Positions 1 through 11,871 of a stretch of 64,000 nt of DNA are shown piece after piece. This DNA comes from Chiloscyllium plagiosum. Taxonomy: Eukaryota. Numbering within the stretch: position 1 is the first letter of the stretch; each line of letters begins with the position of its first letter. The translations under genes and the position numbers were made by a program. Location of the stretch: contig NC_057719.1 of NCBI RefSeq assembly GCF_004010195.1, positions 4,265,865 to 4,329,864 on the forward strand, in the 5' to 3' direction. The notes below the pieces were generated by a model, which saw nothing but the letters and a program-made list of their open reading frames with translations, had not been told where the DNA came from and did no database searches.

Positions 1-172
1 ATTGTACTCTATGCTACTCTCTCCCCACCCCCACCCTCCTCTAGCTTATCTCTCCACCCTTCAGGCTCTCTGCCTTTATTCCTGATGAAGGGCTTTTGCC
101 CGAAACATCAATTTTACTGCTCCTCGGATGCTGCCTGAACTGCTGTGCTCTTCCAGCACCACTAATCCAGAA
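1..172 (+). mobile_element. Penelope-like element 3'/pLTR fragment with hammerhead-like core
   Basis: CTGATGA-A-GGGC-TTTT-GCCC-GAAAC at 82-106, then GATGCTGCCTGAACTGCTGTGCTCTTCCAGCA, which is shared with many copies in the window. Confidence 0.75.
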
Positions 173-516
173 TATAGTAATTTGGCCTCAACCTGGTTCT
201 ATACTCCCAAGTGTCCCAGCCAACATTTATCCCTCCCCCAGTGCCTGAAACGGATGATTTTCTAGTGATCACATTGGGTGCACTAACTGACTGCTATGTT
301 TCCTATATCACAACAGTGATTATATTCAGCGTACTCCCGTTAATGTAAATGTTTTCAGATATCCTGAAGATGTGAAACAAGCTGCAGAAATGAACACTTC
401 TTTATTTCCTTCCCGCCCCTGCTTTTGTATTGCTTCTTTTTCATTCTCTCTCTGCCTTCCTCAATCCTTTAAGGTGACACAACTCGACTTCAAGGGAACG
501 CTCTCCATATCCAGCA

Positions 517-715
517 GGGAACTGTCACTCAGGGGGAAACTGTGACCCGGGGGGAACTATAAACCAGGCAGAGCTGTGACCCAGGGAACTGTGTTGCAGG
601 GGGGATCTGTGTCCCGGGGGGAACTGTGACCCCAGAAAACTGTGACCCAGGGGGGAACTGTGACCCAGGGAACTGTGACCCAGGGGGGATTTGTGACCCA
701 GGGAACTGTGTCCCA
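517..715. repeat. Minisatellite, 15-18 bp unit (GGGGAACTGTGACCCA)
   Basis: About 11 imperfect tandem copies read directly. Confidence 0.9.
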
Positions 716-770
716 GTTTACTGAGCTAGGAGGCTTGTCGGCTGCTACCAAAGGGATGATGTTCAGGGTT

Positions 771-1246
771 ACCTATATATAGCATAACAGATACCTGGGA
801 GTGAGTTACAGACTGGAATCTAATTGAGGGGTTCGGGGTGGTTTATATATAGAATAACAGATACCTGGGAGTGAGTTACATACTGGAATCTAATTGAGGG
901 GTTCGGGGTGGTTTATATATAGAATAACAGATACCCGGGAATGAGTTACAGACTGGAATCTAATCAAAGTGTTCGGGGTGGTTTATATATAGAATAACAG
1001 ATACCCAGGAGTGAGTTACAGACTGGAATCTCATCGAGGTGTTTGGGGTGGTTTATATATAGAATAACAGATACCCAGGAGTCAGTTACAGACTGGAATC
1101 TAATTGAGGTGTTCAGGGTGGTTTATATATAGAATAACAGATACAGGAGTGAGTTACAGACTGGAATCTCATTGAGTTGTTCGGGGTGGTTTATATATAG
1201 AATAACAGATAGTCAGGAGTGAGTTCCAGACTGGAATTTAATCGAG
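771..1246. repeat. 70-bp tandem repeat (~6.8 copies)
   Basis: GTTTATATATAGAATAACAGATACC...GGAATCTAAT...GTTCGGGGTG recurs at 841, 911, 981, 1051, 1121 and ~1189. Confidence 0.95.
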
Positions 1247-2639
1247 CTGCTTAAGATGGGGAAAAGGATCAGCTTGAGTTTCTGATTGATCAAAGTGGTC
1301 AGAAGGGCATAAAGCTGATAAACTGCTTTCCGCTGTTCAAAATACAAAGTAAACTGGCATTGCCCCAGTATTTGAAATGGACACTTAGCCGAAATTCCTG
1401 ACATCTGCTCCTCTCCTTGGAATAGCATGTTAGTACATCCCATCCATCTGGGGAGAACAAGGAAGGAACCTTATCTCAAATCCTCATCTTCATTAAATTC
1501 CTTCTGTAAAGAGTTTGCTGCCACTGCCCAAGGAGATCATGGCCCAAGGTTAAGCCAAATCCAATTATCCATTATTGCCCCATTTCCTCATCATCTCTGG
1601 ATTACAAAACTATCATCAAGCCCACATTTGAAATGTACGATTGATCGAGCATTATTGGCCATTTCTGGAAGGGAGTTCCAAACGTTTGCTATCTTGTGTG
1701 TATCTAAATGTTTCCTCATTTCACTCTAAATTTTAAACTATGTCCCTTTCCCAGACTCCACAAATGGTGGGAATATTCCTCCCAGTTTCACACTGAGTTG
1801 TTACAATGCTGAAGGAGGCTATTTGGCCCACTGTGATTTCACTGACTCTCCCAAATTAGCATCATGACTTAGTTCCATTATCTTGCCTTCTCCCAGGAAC
1901 TCTTTGTTGCTCCTTTTCAAATAATCATCCCCACTCTGTGTTGAAGGCCGCATTTAAACCTGCCTCGACCACACCCTCAGGGGTTCAATCCTGACCCCAA
2001 GCACACACTGTGTGAAATAGTTTCTCTTCATACTGTCTTTGCTTCTCGTGCTAAACCGCACCCTTGCATTCTCAAACCTTCCACCAACAGGAACAGTTTC
2101 TCCCAATATACCCTGTCCAAACCCCTCATGTTTTTGAACGCATTCGACAAATCTCCTTCTCTTCATGGAAAACAATACAACCCTCTCCCAATTGGCCTTA
2201 CCTGTTCCCCTCAATATTCGGAGAACTTTGATCGATCACGCCTTAACCTTCTAAATGAAAAGGAGTATGAGCTCTCCTTGTTTAATTAGCATATCAAATC
2301 GAGGTTTCATTCTGATATGTTGTTCCAGCAATACCACAAAACCAATTGCATTGAACCAAACAGACCTTGGCTTACCATTTCATTGCATTGGCAGTGCAGC
2401 ACTCCCTCAGTACGGCACTTGGTAGTATTTGACCCTGTAGGGATTGAAGCAGCACCAAGCCAGTGAGGATAGATTGGGGAGCAGTGAGTGCTACGACCAC
2501 CAGGGGGAGCCAGTCAGAAGGAAAGCTGGTAAATGATTGGCTGAGTGGAAAATAGCAGAGAAAGAGTTGCAGCCGGCTTGTTACAGGAGCTGAGGTCTCC
2601 ATCACCCATCTGCTAAATGACAACAACCCGTAACCCTCA

Positions 2640-3807
2640 CTAACAGACCCTAAAACAGGATTGGGTAAGGCTGTGTCATTGCACTAATCCTCTTCTCTGT
2701 CTTCCTCACTGACCAACTCCACCCCATCTCCATGTTGTTTCTCACTGGTGTGGAGTTTCTCTACAGGACAACTTGGAAACTTGTGCCACCCCCAGTCCAC
2801 ACCCAGGACAACCCCAGCCTCTGTTGTCAAGTTTCAGTACACAGATGATGCTTGTGTGCATGCACACTCAGTGACTGGGCTTCAAACCATCATTGACACC
2901 TTCTCACAGCTGTATGGAGGAATGGGTCTTAGGCTAAACATCCAGAGAACAAAGCTCCTCTTCCAGCCTGCTCCTGCCACACATCACTGTCCCGTCCCCC
3001 CAGCACCATTCCTCCAACCCCCCGCCGATCCCAGTGATCAAGATCCCCAGTGAGCTATCGGCCAACGTGGCACCTTTCAGGGAGGGTAGACATTCACGAT
3101 GAAATTTAACATCGCCTCCATTGTTCTAGTGCAGCCTTTGGCCAAAGAGATAAGAGTGCTTGATGACAAAGACTGCAAACCCAGCACCAAACTCATGGCG
3201 TACAGGGTCACAGTGTTACCTACTCTCCCGAATGAGTTAGAGACATGGACAACATCCAGCAGACAGCTCCAGTCCTTGGGGAAATATCACCAGTGACGCT
3301 TTCACAAAATCTGACAAGTGTAATGGAGGATAGGCACTGCAATATCAGGGTTCTCTCGAGGTCAACATCCCCAGTATTGACGTATTGGTAACAGTCAATC
3401 AGGTTGACCACATCCTCACATGCCTGACACAAGACTTCCAAAAAAGCATCTCTAATCCCCCTGAGCTTTGTCAGGGCAAGCTGTTACCAGGACGGCAGAT
3501 GAAATACCCTCCTGGTGTCCTCAAAGCCTCCCTGAAAGAGATGAAACATCCAAACGCCTCAGGGACAATGCTCCCTCTTGCTTTGTTTTCTCAGAGTGTG
3601 GCAGTGATTCCTGGAACGGGAAGTCAAAGTGTCATGGGGATCTCTCAGCCGAAAACCTCCCAAACTGGAGAAGAGGCATCTGCAATTTGAGGATCTCCAA
3701 CAGGCCCCAGGTGGAAGGAATGTGTCTGAAACAACTGCTTCAGTAGACTGCAGCCCGAGGAAAGGGGTGTGCTTCCAACACTGGGCTGTTCAGTCACCTC
3801 CAAATCA

Positions 3808-3810
<3 letters not shown>
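2640..3810 (+). mobile_element. Degenerate RTE-clade LINE (RT and C-terminus)
   Basis: GCVIA-type motif near 2670; ORF 2748 FQYTDDACVHAHS...LNIQRTKLLFQP (YADD motif); terminal GLFSHL-like motif near 3785; frameshifts and stops. Confidence 0.8.
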
Positions 3811-3845
<35 letters not shown>

Positions 3846-4018
3846 TGTGTGTGTGCGCGCGCGCGAGTGTTTGTGTGTGTGTGCGTGTTTGTGTGTGTGT
3901 GTGCGTGAGTGTTTGTGTGTGCGCGAGTGTTTGTGTGTGTGTGTGCGTGAGTGTTTGTGTGTGCGAGAGTGTTTGTGTGTGTGTGTCTGCTTCTGCGCAT
4001 GTGTGTGTCTTTGTGCGT
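3811..4018. repeat. Compound (GT)n microsatellite
   Basis: Direct. Confidence 0.97.
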
Positions 4019-4021
4019 AAG

Positions 4022-4249
4022 GGTCTGTGGTGCTCGAAAAGCACAGCAGGTCAGGCAACATCCAAGGAGCAGAAGAATTGACTTTTTGGTCATAAGCCCT
4101 TCATCAGGAATCATCAGCTCATTCTGAGGAAGGGCTTATGTCTGAAACATCGACTCTCCTGCTCCTCAGATGCTGCCTGACGGGCTGTGCTTTTCCAGCA
4201 CCACACTCTCAACTCTGATCTCCAGCATTTGCAATCCTCACTTTCTCCT
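4022..4249. mobile_element. Penelope-like short element, two inverted arms
   Basis: Minus-oriented arm ~4026-4110 faces plus arm ~4121-4249, each with a CTGANGAAGGGCTTATG core. Confidence 0.75.
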
Positions 4250-6182
4250 CGTGATCCTGGGTCTGCATAGACAGACTCAGAAGAGTGGAATGTCAGCCTG
4301 GACAAGGTGCTGCTATCTCAACTGGTGAGGCTGAAACCTGAAAACAGAGAATATCCAACACATTCAGCCCCAAAACTCCATCCTGCTGTCCACACTCCAC
4401 CTGAGCCATCTCCCAATCTTTTGTCATTTCAATCGCCCCTTGGACCCATCTATCCCTTCTCCTGTCTGTGAACCGAAGGCTATATTTGAAATATTAACTC
4501 ATTCTCTCTCCACAAACTTGCTGTGTTACTCCAGTATTGTCTGTTTTTTTATGTCGGATTGCCAGCATCTGCACTACTTTGCCTTTATCACCCCCTTCCC
4601 TTGTATAGCGCCTATACTAACTGCTTCAACTAACCCTATGGTAGCCAGTTCCACATTCTCATCTCTCTTTTCACATTTCTAACAAATTTACGATTTGATT
4701 TCTTGCTATCTCTCTGACATTGATGGGCCTTTCCCTCCACATGGAAGAACTCTCTCAGTATATCTCTCACCAAGAAGTAGAGCAGTGTCAGTCGGTGTCT
4801 AAATAATGTGGTGAAAGTTCAGTGATCATTCAGACTGTGCAGGGATCTGTGTGTGCTGCATTTACCCACAATTTAAACTCTCTCAACTGACGAGAGTCTG
4901 CTTTCTCCCGCTTAATCAGAGGTGCAAAATCCGCAACTGTTTTTCCTGGTATACATGTGTTTAAATATGAGCATTTGGACAAGAAAGAGAGAAGGGAATT
5001 TTCAGCTTTCCCCACCACCCCACCTCCTTGAAGCTCCCTGATTGCTGATTTGTAACTAAATCACAATTGTCAGCCTGGTAGCAATCCTGATTAAAGTTCA
5101 GAAGTTTAATAGAACTTTTTTTTATATAAAGAAAGCGAAATTACTCCCACTCCCTCGCCGATACACCTGGATTCTTGCCCTGAGTACATGACAGCTTTCA
5201 TCCAGCACTTCAACCAAACCAAGTCTGGCCTCAGTGTTCCTGCCTATCCCCACGGGAACACACACAGCAGGTCTGCACCAACATTCTCAGCTGTATTTAA
5301 TCTGGGCTGAGACAAGTTGGCTCGGAGACTATACAAAGGCACATAGCAAGATTTTGCAACTCTCCGCCTGCTCGCTCCCTCGCTCCAATTCAGAAACTGG
5401 AAAGTGGCCAAAAGCAGCCATGCTCCCTAGGCGACTTAGGTCTGTTCCAATTAATTGTGTTTAACCATCCTAATCACACTTTAGCGCAATAATCCTATTT
5501 TACAATCCAAAACAGATCTACATATGAGCTGCATGTGAGGCTTTACTCAACAGACAGGGAGAGAGAGAGAGAGCAGAGAGGAAACACAGAGCCAAATTTA
5601 CAGTGTACTCCAACTGAACCTAAACCAGAGAGTTAATAAGCGACCAGATTGGCTTTTATTGCATCAAATGGAAGCTTGCATTAATATCTTCAGCATAGTA
5701 TTCTTTAAAAAAAACACTTTTGAATCATGGTCCTCTTGAAAAATACATTTACAAGTTTACAGGGAGCTGCATGAACATTTTTCTAGTTTTAATGAAACCT
5801 ACTTCAGCCCTGGGCTCTGAAGATCTGGGAGTCACTTTGTCATGAAGTCAGCTCTTTCATAATCCTCTCCTCTTTCCATTCCTTTCTCCTCCTTGTGTCG
5901 TCCCACACATACTCAGCTAAAACAGAAAATCTATCCCAGTTTGGAGCTACATGGGGAAATTCTGCTTCTATATTTTCCAGATCTGTTCAGCTTAAAGTTA
6001 CAGGATTCCTTTGATCAGGGTTTCTATCTGGTGGAGCCAATAACAATTGATTAATAAGGACTGCAGCTTGTGTTGGAGTGCAGGAGATGTGATGGGGGCC
6101 ATGGGCTTAGGGTTGTTTCTGGCTAAGTGCAAAAACTGGGGACAGGAGGGAAAAGAGGCAAAATATATATATTTTTCTTTAT

Positions 6183-6478
6183 TAGACTAGATTCCCTACA
6201 GTGTGGAAACAGGCCCTTTGACCGAACAAGTCCATACCGACCCTCCGAATAGCAACCCAGCCAGACCCATTCCCTTACATTCACCCCTGACTAATCCATC
6301 CAACACTACGGGCAATTTAGCATGGCCAATTCACCTAACCTGCACATCTTCGGACTGTGGGAGGAAACCGGAGCACCCGGAGGAAACCCACACAGACAGT
6401 TCTCCGAGGCAGGAATTGAACCCAGGTCCCTGGCGCTGTGAGGCAGCAGTGCTAACCACTGAGCCACCATACCACCCA
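6183..6478 (-). mobile_element. HE1-type V-SINE (tRNA head, CR1/HER1 tail)
   Basis: Reverse complement gives GGTGGCTCAGTGGTTAGC (A box), GGGTTCAATTCC (B box), V-domain and CR1-type tail. Confidence 0.9.
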
Positions 6479-6568
6479 TAGGATGATCCTTCATAGGATG
6501 AAGGCATCACTGGTTAGAACAGCATCGATTACCCAGAGGGCAGGTAAGAGTCAACCACATTGCTCTGG

Positions 6569-6732
6569 TAAAAACAATGACTGCAGATGCTGGAAACCAG
6601 ATTCTGGATCAGTGGTGCTGGAAGAGCACAGCAATTCAGGCAGCATCCGAGGACAGGCAAAATCGACGTTTCGGGCAAAAGCCTGATGAAGGGCTTTTGC
6701 CCGAAACGTCGATTTTGCCTGTCCTCGGATGT
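6569..6732. mobile_element. Penelope-like fold-back insertion with 13-bp TSD
   Basis: TSD CACATTGCTCTGG at 6556-6568 and 6733-6745; perfect 40-bp inverted repeat 6644-6683/6692-6731. Confidence 0.9.
6683..6710 (+). ncRNA. Minimal type-I hammerhead ribozyme-like motif
   Basis: CUGAUGA-A-GGGC-UUUU-GCCC-GAAAC-GUC. Confidence 0.65.
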
Positions 6733-7398
6733 CACATTGCTCTGGGTCTGGAGTCACACGTAGGCAGACCAGGTAAGGATGGCAGATTCTTTCTGTAAAG
6801 GACATTAATGAATCAGATGGGCTTTTCTAGCAATCAGTTCATGGTCGTCATTAGACTTCTAGTTCTAAATTTTTATTGAACTCAAATTCCAGCATCTGCT
6901 GTGGTGGGATTCGAACCCAGATTCCCAGAACATCACCTGGGTCTCTCGATTAACAATCCAGCAATAATACCACCAGGTCGTCACCTCTCCCGAGGGCAGT
7001 TCTGAAGACTGGCCATTGGACCTGAAACATTAACTCTGATTTCTCTCCACAGATGCTGCCAGATCTGCTGTGCTTTTCCAGCAATTTCTGTTTTTGTTTC
7101 TGATTTCCAGCGTCCACCATTCTTTCAATTGGTCAGACTGATTGTGATGGTATAAGGCTTGGGAGTGGTGTCAGTGAGTGTAAATGAATAAAGATAGGAC
7201 AGTGTCCCTTGAAGGCAGGGTGGCTGTGACATAAAGATTATTGGCATTTAATGAGGCCATTCAGCCTATCCAATCTGTGCCAGCTAAACTGCCTCACATA
7301 TATATATTCATGGGATGAGGGTGTCACTGTCAAGGTCAGTATTTATTGCCCACCCCAGAGGACAGTAAAGAATGAACCATATTACTGTGGGTGTGGAG

Positions 7399-8250
7399 TC
7401 ACAGAGTCCTACACAGGCCCTTTGGCTCAAACTCGTCCATGCCAACCAAAATGTCCATCCACGCTAACCCTGTTTCCCTGCACTTGGCCTATATCTTTCT
7501 AATCCTTTCCTAACCATGTATTTGTCCAAATGCCTTTTAAATGTTGTTAATGTACCTGCCTCAACCACTTCCACTGGCAGCTCATTCCATATGCGTACCA
7601 CCCTCTGTGGAAAATATTTGCCCCTCAGGTTCCCTTTTATTCTTTCTCCTCTAACCTTAAACTGATGCCTTCTAGTCCGCGATTCCCCAACCCTAGGAAA
7701 AAGACTGAGTGCATTCACCCTATCCATGTCTCTCATGATATTATACACCTCTATGGGGTACTCCCCTCTGTCTCCCAAGTTCTAAAGAAAAAAGACCTAG
7801 CTTATCCAGCCTCTCAGACCATTGACTCCTGGCAACATCTTTTTAAATTTATTCTGCACTCTTTCCAGTTTAATAACATCCTTCCTACAACAAGGTAAAA
7901 CTGAACACAGTACTCCAAGTGCGGCCTCACCAACGTTCTGTAGTACTGCAACATAACTTCCCAACTTCTATACTCAATGCCCTGACCGATGAAGGCCAAT
8001 GTGCCAAAAGCTGCCTTCACTGCCCTGTCGACCTGTGACTCCACTGTCAGAGACTCATGCACCTGAACTCCAAGGCCCCTCTGTTCCACTACACTCCATA
8101 AGGCCCTACCATTCACCATGAAACTCCTACCTTGAATTGACTTTCCAAAATGCAAGACCTCACACTTAATCTATATTAAACTCCATTTGCCACTTCTCAG
8201 CACAATTTCTGAATCTTTCTCACTATCCATGATACCTCCTACTTTACCGC
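7399..8250 (-). mobile_element. CR1 (HER1-like) 3' fragment inserted in a bipartite SINE (7300-7398 and 8255-8497)
   Basis: ORFs 7814 (MHFGKS...LVRPHLEYCVQF) and 7464 (RVVRIWNELP); host SINE continues GGAGTCACA | GGCCAGACCAGGTAAGGATG. Confidence 0.9.
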
Positions 8251-8556
8251 CAATGGAGGCCAGACCAGGTAAGGATGACAGTTCCCTTCCCGAAAGGGCA
8301 TTAGTGAACCAGATGGATTTTCCCACCCAGCATTTGATAATGAATTCATGGGCATGATTAGACTTACAATTCCAGATTTCTAATGAATTTAAATTCCATC
8401 ATCTGCTGTGGTGAGATTCTAACCTGGGTCCCCAGAATATTACCTGTGTCTCTAGATTAATGGTCCAGCAACGATACCACAAGGCTATCACCTCCCTATT
8501 TCCAGATTGTTTGTTGAAGGCTGCAGATTCAAGTCCAGCAATAAAACTATTACACT

Positions 8557-8757
8557 AAAGGTAAAGTCACCCTAGTGCCACCAGACGATAGGACTGCTTT
8601 CTCAACAGCGAGAGACAACCAGTGGGTGGTTTAACCAGAGGGTTGCTGTACCTCAGGGGTCAGGAGAGGTATGAGAAGGAAAATCCTTCTGGGTGACCTC
8701 AGCTGGTGTGGGAATTGAGCCCACACTGACATTGCTGCATAATGAAACCAACTGATC
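8557..8757 (-). mobile_element. Diverged tRNA-derived SINE (different family)
   Basis: rc B-box-like GGGCTCAATTCCC near 8710-8722; AAAGGTAAAG end; resembles a shark SINE I recall, not verified. Confidence 0.45.
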
Positions 8758-9220
8758 TAGAGTCATAGAGTCATAGAGATGGAAACAGACCCTTCGGTCC
8801 AACCCGACCATGCCGACCAGATATCCCAACTCAATCTAGTCCCATCTGCCAGCATCCAGCCCATATCCCTCCAAATCTTTCCTATTCATATACCCATCCA
8901 AATGCCTCTTAAATGTTGCAATTGTACCAGCCTCCACCACATCCTCTGGCAGCTCATTTCATACTCATTCTGTGTGAAAAAGTTGCCCCTTAGGTCTCTT
9001 TTATATCTTTCCCCTCTCACCCTAAACCTATGCCATCTAGTTCTGGACTCCCCAACCCCAGGGAAAAGGATTTGCCTATTTATCTGATCCATGCCCCTCA
9101 TAATTTTGTAAACCTCATAGCCTCTGCTCCAGGGAAAACAGCGCCAACCTGTTCAGCCTCTCCCTATAGCTCACATCCTCCAAACCTGGCAACATCCTTG
9201 TAAATCTTTTCTGAACCCTT
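8757..9220 (-). mobile_element. CR1 3' fragment
   Basis: ORF 8886 LFPGVGESRTRWHRFRVRGE; (CTATGACT)n tail on minus strand. Confidence 0.9.
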
Positions 9221-9299
9221 ACTATGACACTAATACACCTATCAACTCACCTTCAAACTCTAGCAGGGAACAGTATTAAAAGCAGAAGTTGCTGGAAAA

Positions 9300-9852
9300 G
9301 CACACCACACTGTTCCCTGGCCAACATCTCTGCCTTGAGCTTGCTGCAGTACTCTAGTGAAGGTCAGCGTCAGCTGGAAGTATAACATCTCAATTTCCAC
9401 TATAGGAACCTGCAGCCTTTGTGAGGCAATACCGATTTCAATAACGTTAGGGCTTGAGCCAGCTTATCTCATGTCCTTACCTCAACCCCACACACTCAGC
9501 CTTGTCACCTTTTGGTCTGTTCTGATACACTAGCCATTGTCAGCTGCTAATGCTCCCCATTAGCAGCTATTCACTCTCCCAGGCTGTCGTTTACTCAGTT
9601 CTTTGTCTGCCCAGTTGTTTCTCTCTTTCTCTCTGGGCTCCACCTCCATCTATTGTTGGCTCCAACCCCCCCGTTTACATCTTCAGCATAAATGCCAACA
9701 TTTTCCCAGCTAAAATCAATTCTGACGAAAGGTCACTGGACCCAAAATATTAACTCTGCTTTCTCTCCACAGATGCTGCCAGACCTGTTGAGCTTTTCCA
9801 GCACTTTCTGTTTTTGTTTCGGCTTTCCAGCATCTGCAGTTCTTTGGTTTGC
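9300..9852 (+). mobile_element. Penelope-like element 3' end (GIY-YIG C-terminal remnant, 3'UTR, degenerate hammerhead)
   Basis: 9340-9452 is a degenerate match to LLQCSSEAQRKLEEQHLIF.LGTLQP.GLN; core CTGACGAAAGGTCACTGGACCCAAAA at ~9722; homologous to 58812-59470. Confidence 0.7.
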
Positions 9853-9925
9853 TTTTGGCAGGAATGAACAGGGTTATGGATGCAAACGATCTAATGATTA
9901 TATTTTAAAATGTCGTCACAGACAG

Positions 9926-10561
9926 TGTGATGGGCCAGACAAAACCCCCTCGAAACATGTCAAGGAAATAGCCTAGGTCCCGAAGTTTTCTTATTTTAAA
10001 AGTATGTGCTGGGCATTGCAACTTTGATGCAAATCAATTGGTCAAACTGCCAGATTTGAAGAAAAACATACATTATTCTCAGACTTTAGTTAAAATACAA
10101 CAAAAGAAAGAATTGGAATAACTGAATTCTATTGGAAAACATAACAGAATAATAGATTATTTAGCTGCTAAACAGTAACTGTTCCAATACAGTAACGTCC
10201 CATAAACACACCCTTGGCGAAAGCAAATGCAGTAAAATAGATTGTCTCATGGGCAATTCTCACAGAAGGAAGAGAACTGCAGCTTTTACCAGGAACAGAG
10301 ACAGGAAAGACAGCTTCCACATCCAGTTTCAAGAGCCCAGCAACTGCTCCTGAAAAACTGAAACAAAAAACTCTTGATTCTGTGAGAGCTTAACCCCACC
10401 CATTCAAGTTGCTTCTATTGTTCCAACTTTTAAAAAAACCCAGAGTGTCACAAGCTGTTTGGTTTATTGGCTTTGAGCAGACTGCTCATTACCTCTGGTT
10501 CAACCTTTCTTCACAATACAAAAGGACAAAATTCACCTCTTAAAGCCATAATATCGTCACA
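9926..10561 (-). mobile_element. Solo LTR (Gypsy-type)
   Basis: TGTGA...TCACA termini; near 4-bp TSD ACAG/GCAG; colinear homolog at 42225-42870. Confidence 0.8.
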
Positions 10562-10600
10562 GCAGCTTCACAACAAAAAGTTACAGGTTTTTAAAAAATA

Positions 10601-10820
10601 CAGGTATTCCCCGCTATCCGAAAGTAGAGCATTCCCAGGAAACCTTTCATACCCCGCAAATGGCGTAAAGCAAAAATGCATGACTAATGTGGGGTAAATT
10701 TCGCCATTTCTTTTGTAAAAGTGAAAATCCTCTTCGGATTCGCGAAAACGGGTACTCATGTAGGTCTTTCGTGAAAGCAAAGTGGCATAAGGCAAACTTT
10801 CAAAAAGCGGGGGATACTTG
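10601..10820. mobile_element. Tc1/mariner (Tigger-like) MITE
   Basis: TIRs CAGGTATTCCCCGCT / AGCGGGGGATACTTG (13 of 15 match), TA on both sides, 220 bp, non-coding. Confidence 0.85.
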
Positions 10821-11779
10821 TATTGGAAATAAAGGTCAGTGTGAAGTAGTTGGATTATTGTAAAAAAGGAATGAGTTCACCAATACCCTGCCAAACTCAC
10901 CTGGTCGGGTATACTTGGGGCTTCTCTCTCCAGATCCAGTGCTGTTGTGTCTTGGGACTATTTGATTATAAAACCAACCTCTGAGGGCAGTAACATGTCA
11001 ACCTTGAAAGTGATGCCCATGTTCCAGGAATGAATTCCACACCACACTGTCAGGCTGAGGGCCCGGGAGAAACTGAGGGCCAGGGAGTGCCCAACAAACA
11101 TAGGAATAAAGTAAATTAAAAATGTGCTCACCAGAAACAGGTCTCAAACTATTTCCGTCCGAACTTGGACATTGTGTTAACAAGATTCACTGGATGGTTC
11201 TGTCCACAATGAATCAGTGATCCAAATTTATCGATGTCTAACCTAATTGGATGCTCTCGGTCACAATGGGAATTCTACTCATCCCAGTATCTCTTAATGA
11301 ATTATTTCATCCCTCCCTGCTTTTTCTTCCTTTCTTCCCTCCCAACCTTTCTCTCCCTAGCTTTTTCCAGCTTTCCTCCTTTCCCTTCCCCTCTGTCCTT
11401 CCCTTTCTCTCTTCTCTTTCCTTCCTTCCCCATTTCCTCCTGTCTAACTCTTTTTTAAAATATAGCCTGCCTAGGGGAATCCAATTGAGGTCGTTCTTTC
11501 AACAAGTGGAACCAATCGATCCCCTTCTGGATTCCACAGCCTTCCTGATTTGTGAGTCACTAATCAAGGCACCTACCCCACATCGCTGGACTCCCCAGGA
11601 ATCTGCAGATTGTGGTTTTATTGAGAGAGCTGTAATATATCACTTCAGGACATAACTTCCTGGAAAGTCACCACAGATGTGGAGACCCATGCAAGGAGAT
11701 TTAATGTTTTATTTTTCAGATTTGTTTGTGGTTCAATAGGAACAGAAGTGATCCTCTGAAGATGACACTGCAAATCTTT

Positions 11780-11871
11780 CCTGAAGAAAGGCTTATGCCC
11801 GAAACATCGATTCTCCTGTTCCCTGGATGCTGCCTGACCTGCTGCGCTTTTCCAGCAACACATTTTCAGCT
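11780..11871 (+). mobile_element. 92-bp Penelope-like insert starting at the hammerhead core
   Basis: 12-bp TSD CTGCAAATCTTT at 11768-11779 and 11872-11883; begins CCTGAAGAAAGGCTTATGCCCGAAACATCG. Confidence 0.85.

Larger units (their letters stand above)
6482..6992 (-). mobile_element. tRNA-headed bipartite SINE (5' head plus 3' tail of LINE family B), interrupted by the 6569-6732 insertion
   Basis: B box GGGTTCGAATCCC (rc of ~6906-6918); body matches 42990-43290; degenerate LINE-B tail near 6485-6540. Confidence 0.75.

Noticed and set aside
771..1246. CRISPR-like regular repeat
   Set aside because: No unique spacers, whole 70-bp units repeat, eukaryotic context, no cas genes
3629..4114. 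Overlapping Cys-Val / His-Thr rich ORFs
   Set aside because: Translations of a (GT)n microsatellite; the same applies to 27060-27594
6644..6731. Pre-miRNA or rho-independent terminator
   Set aside because: Hairpin is explained by an inverted TE insertion with a TSD; no evidence of processing; not prokaryotic
11290..11450. Hydrophobic ORFs (74 and 134 aa)
   Set aside because: Low-complexity CT-rich tract
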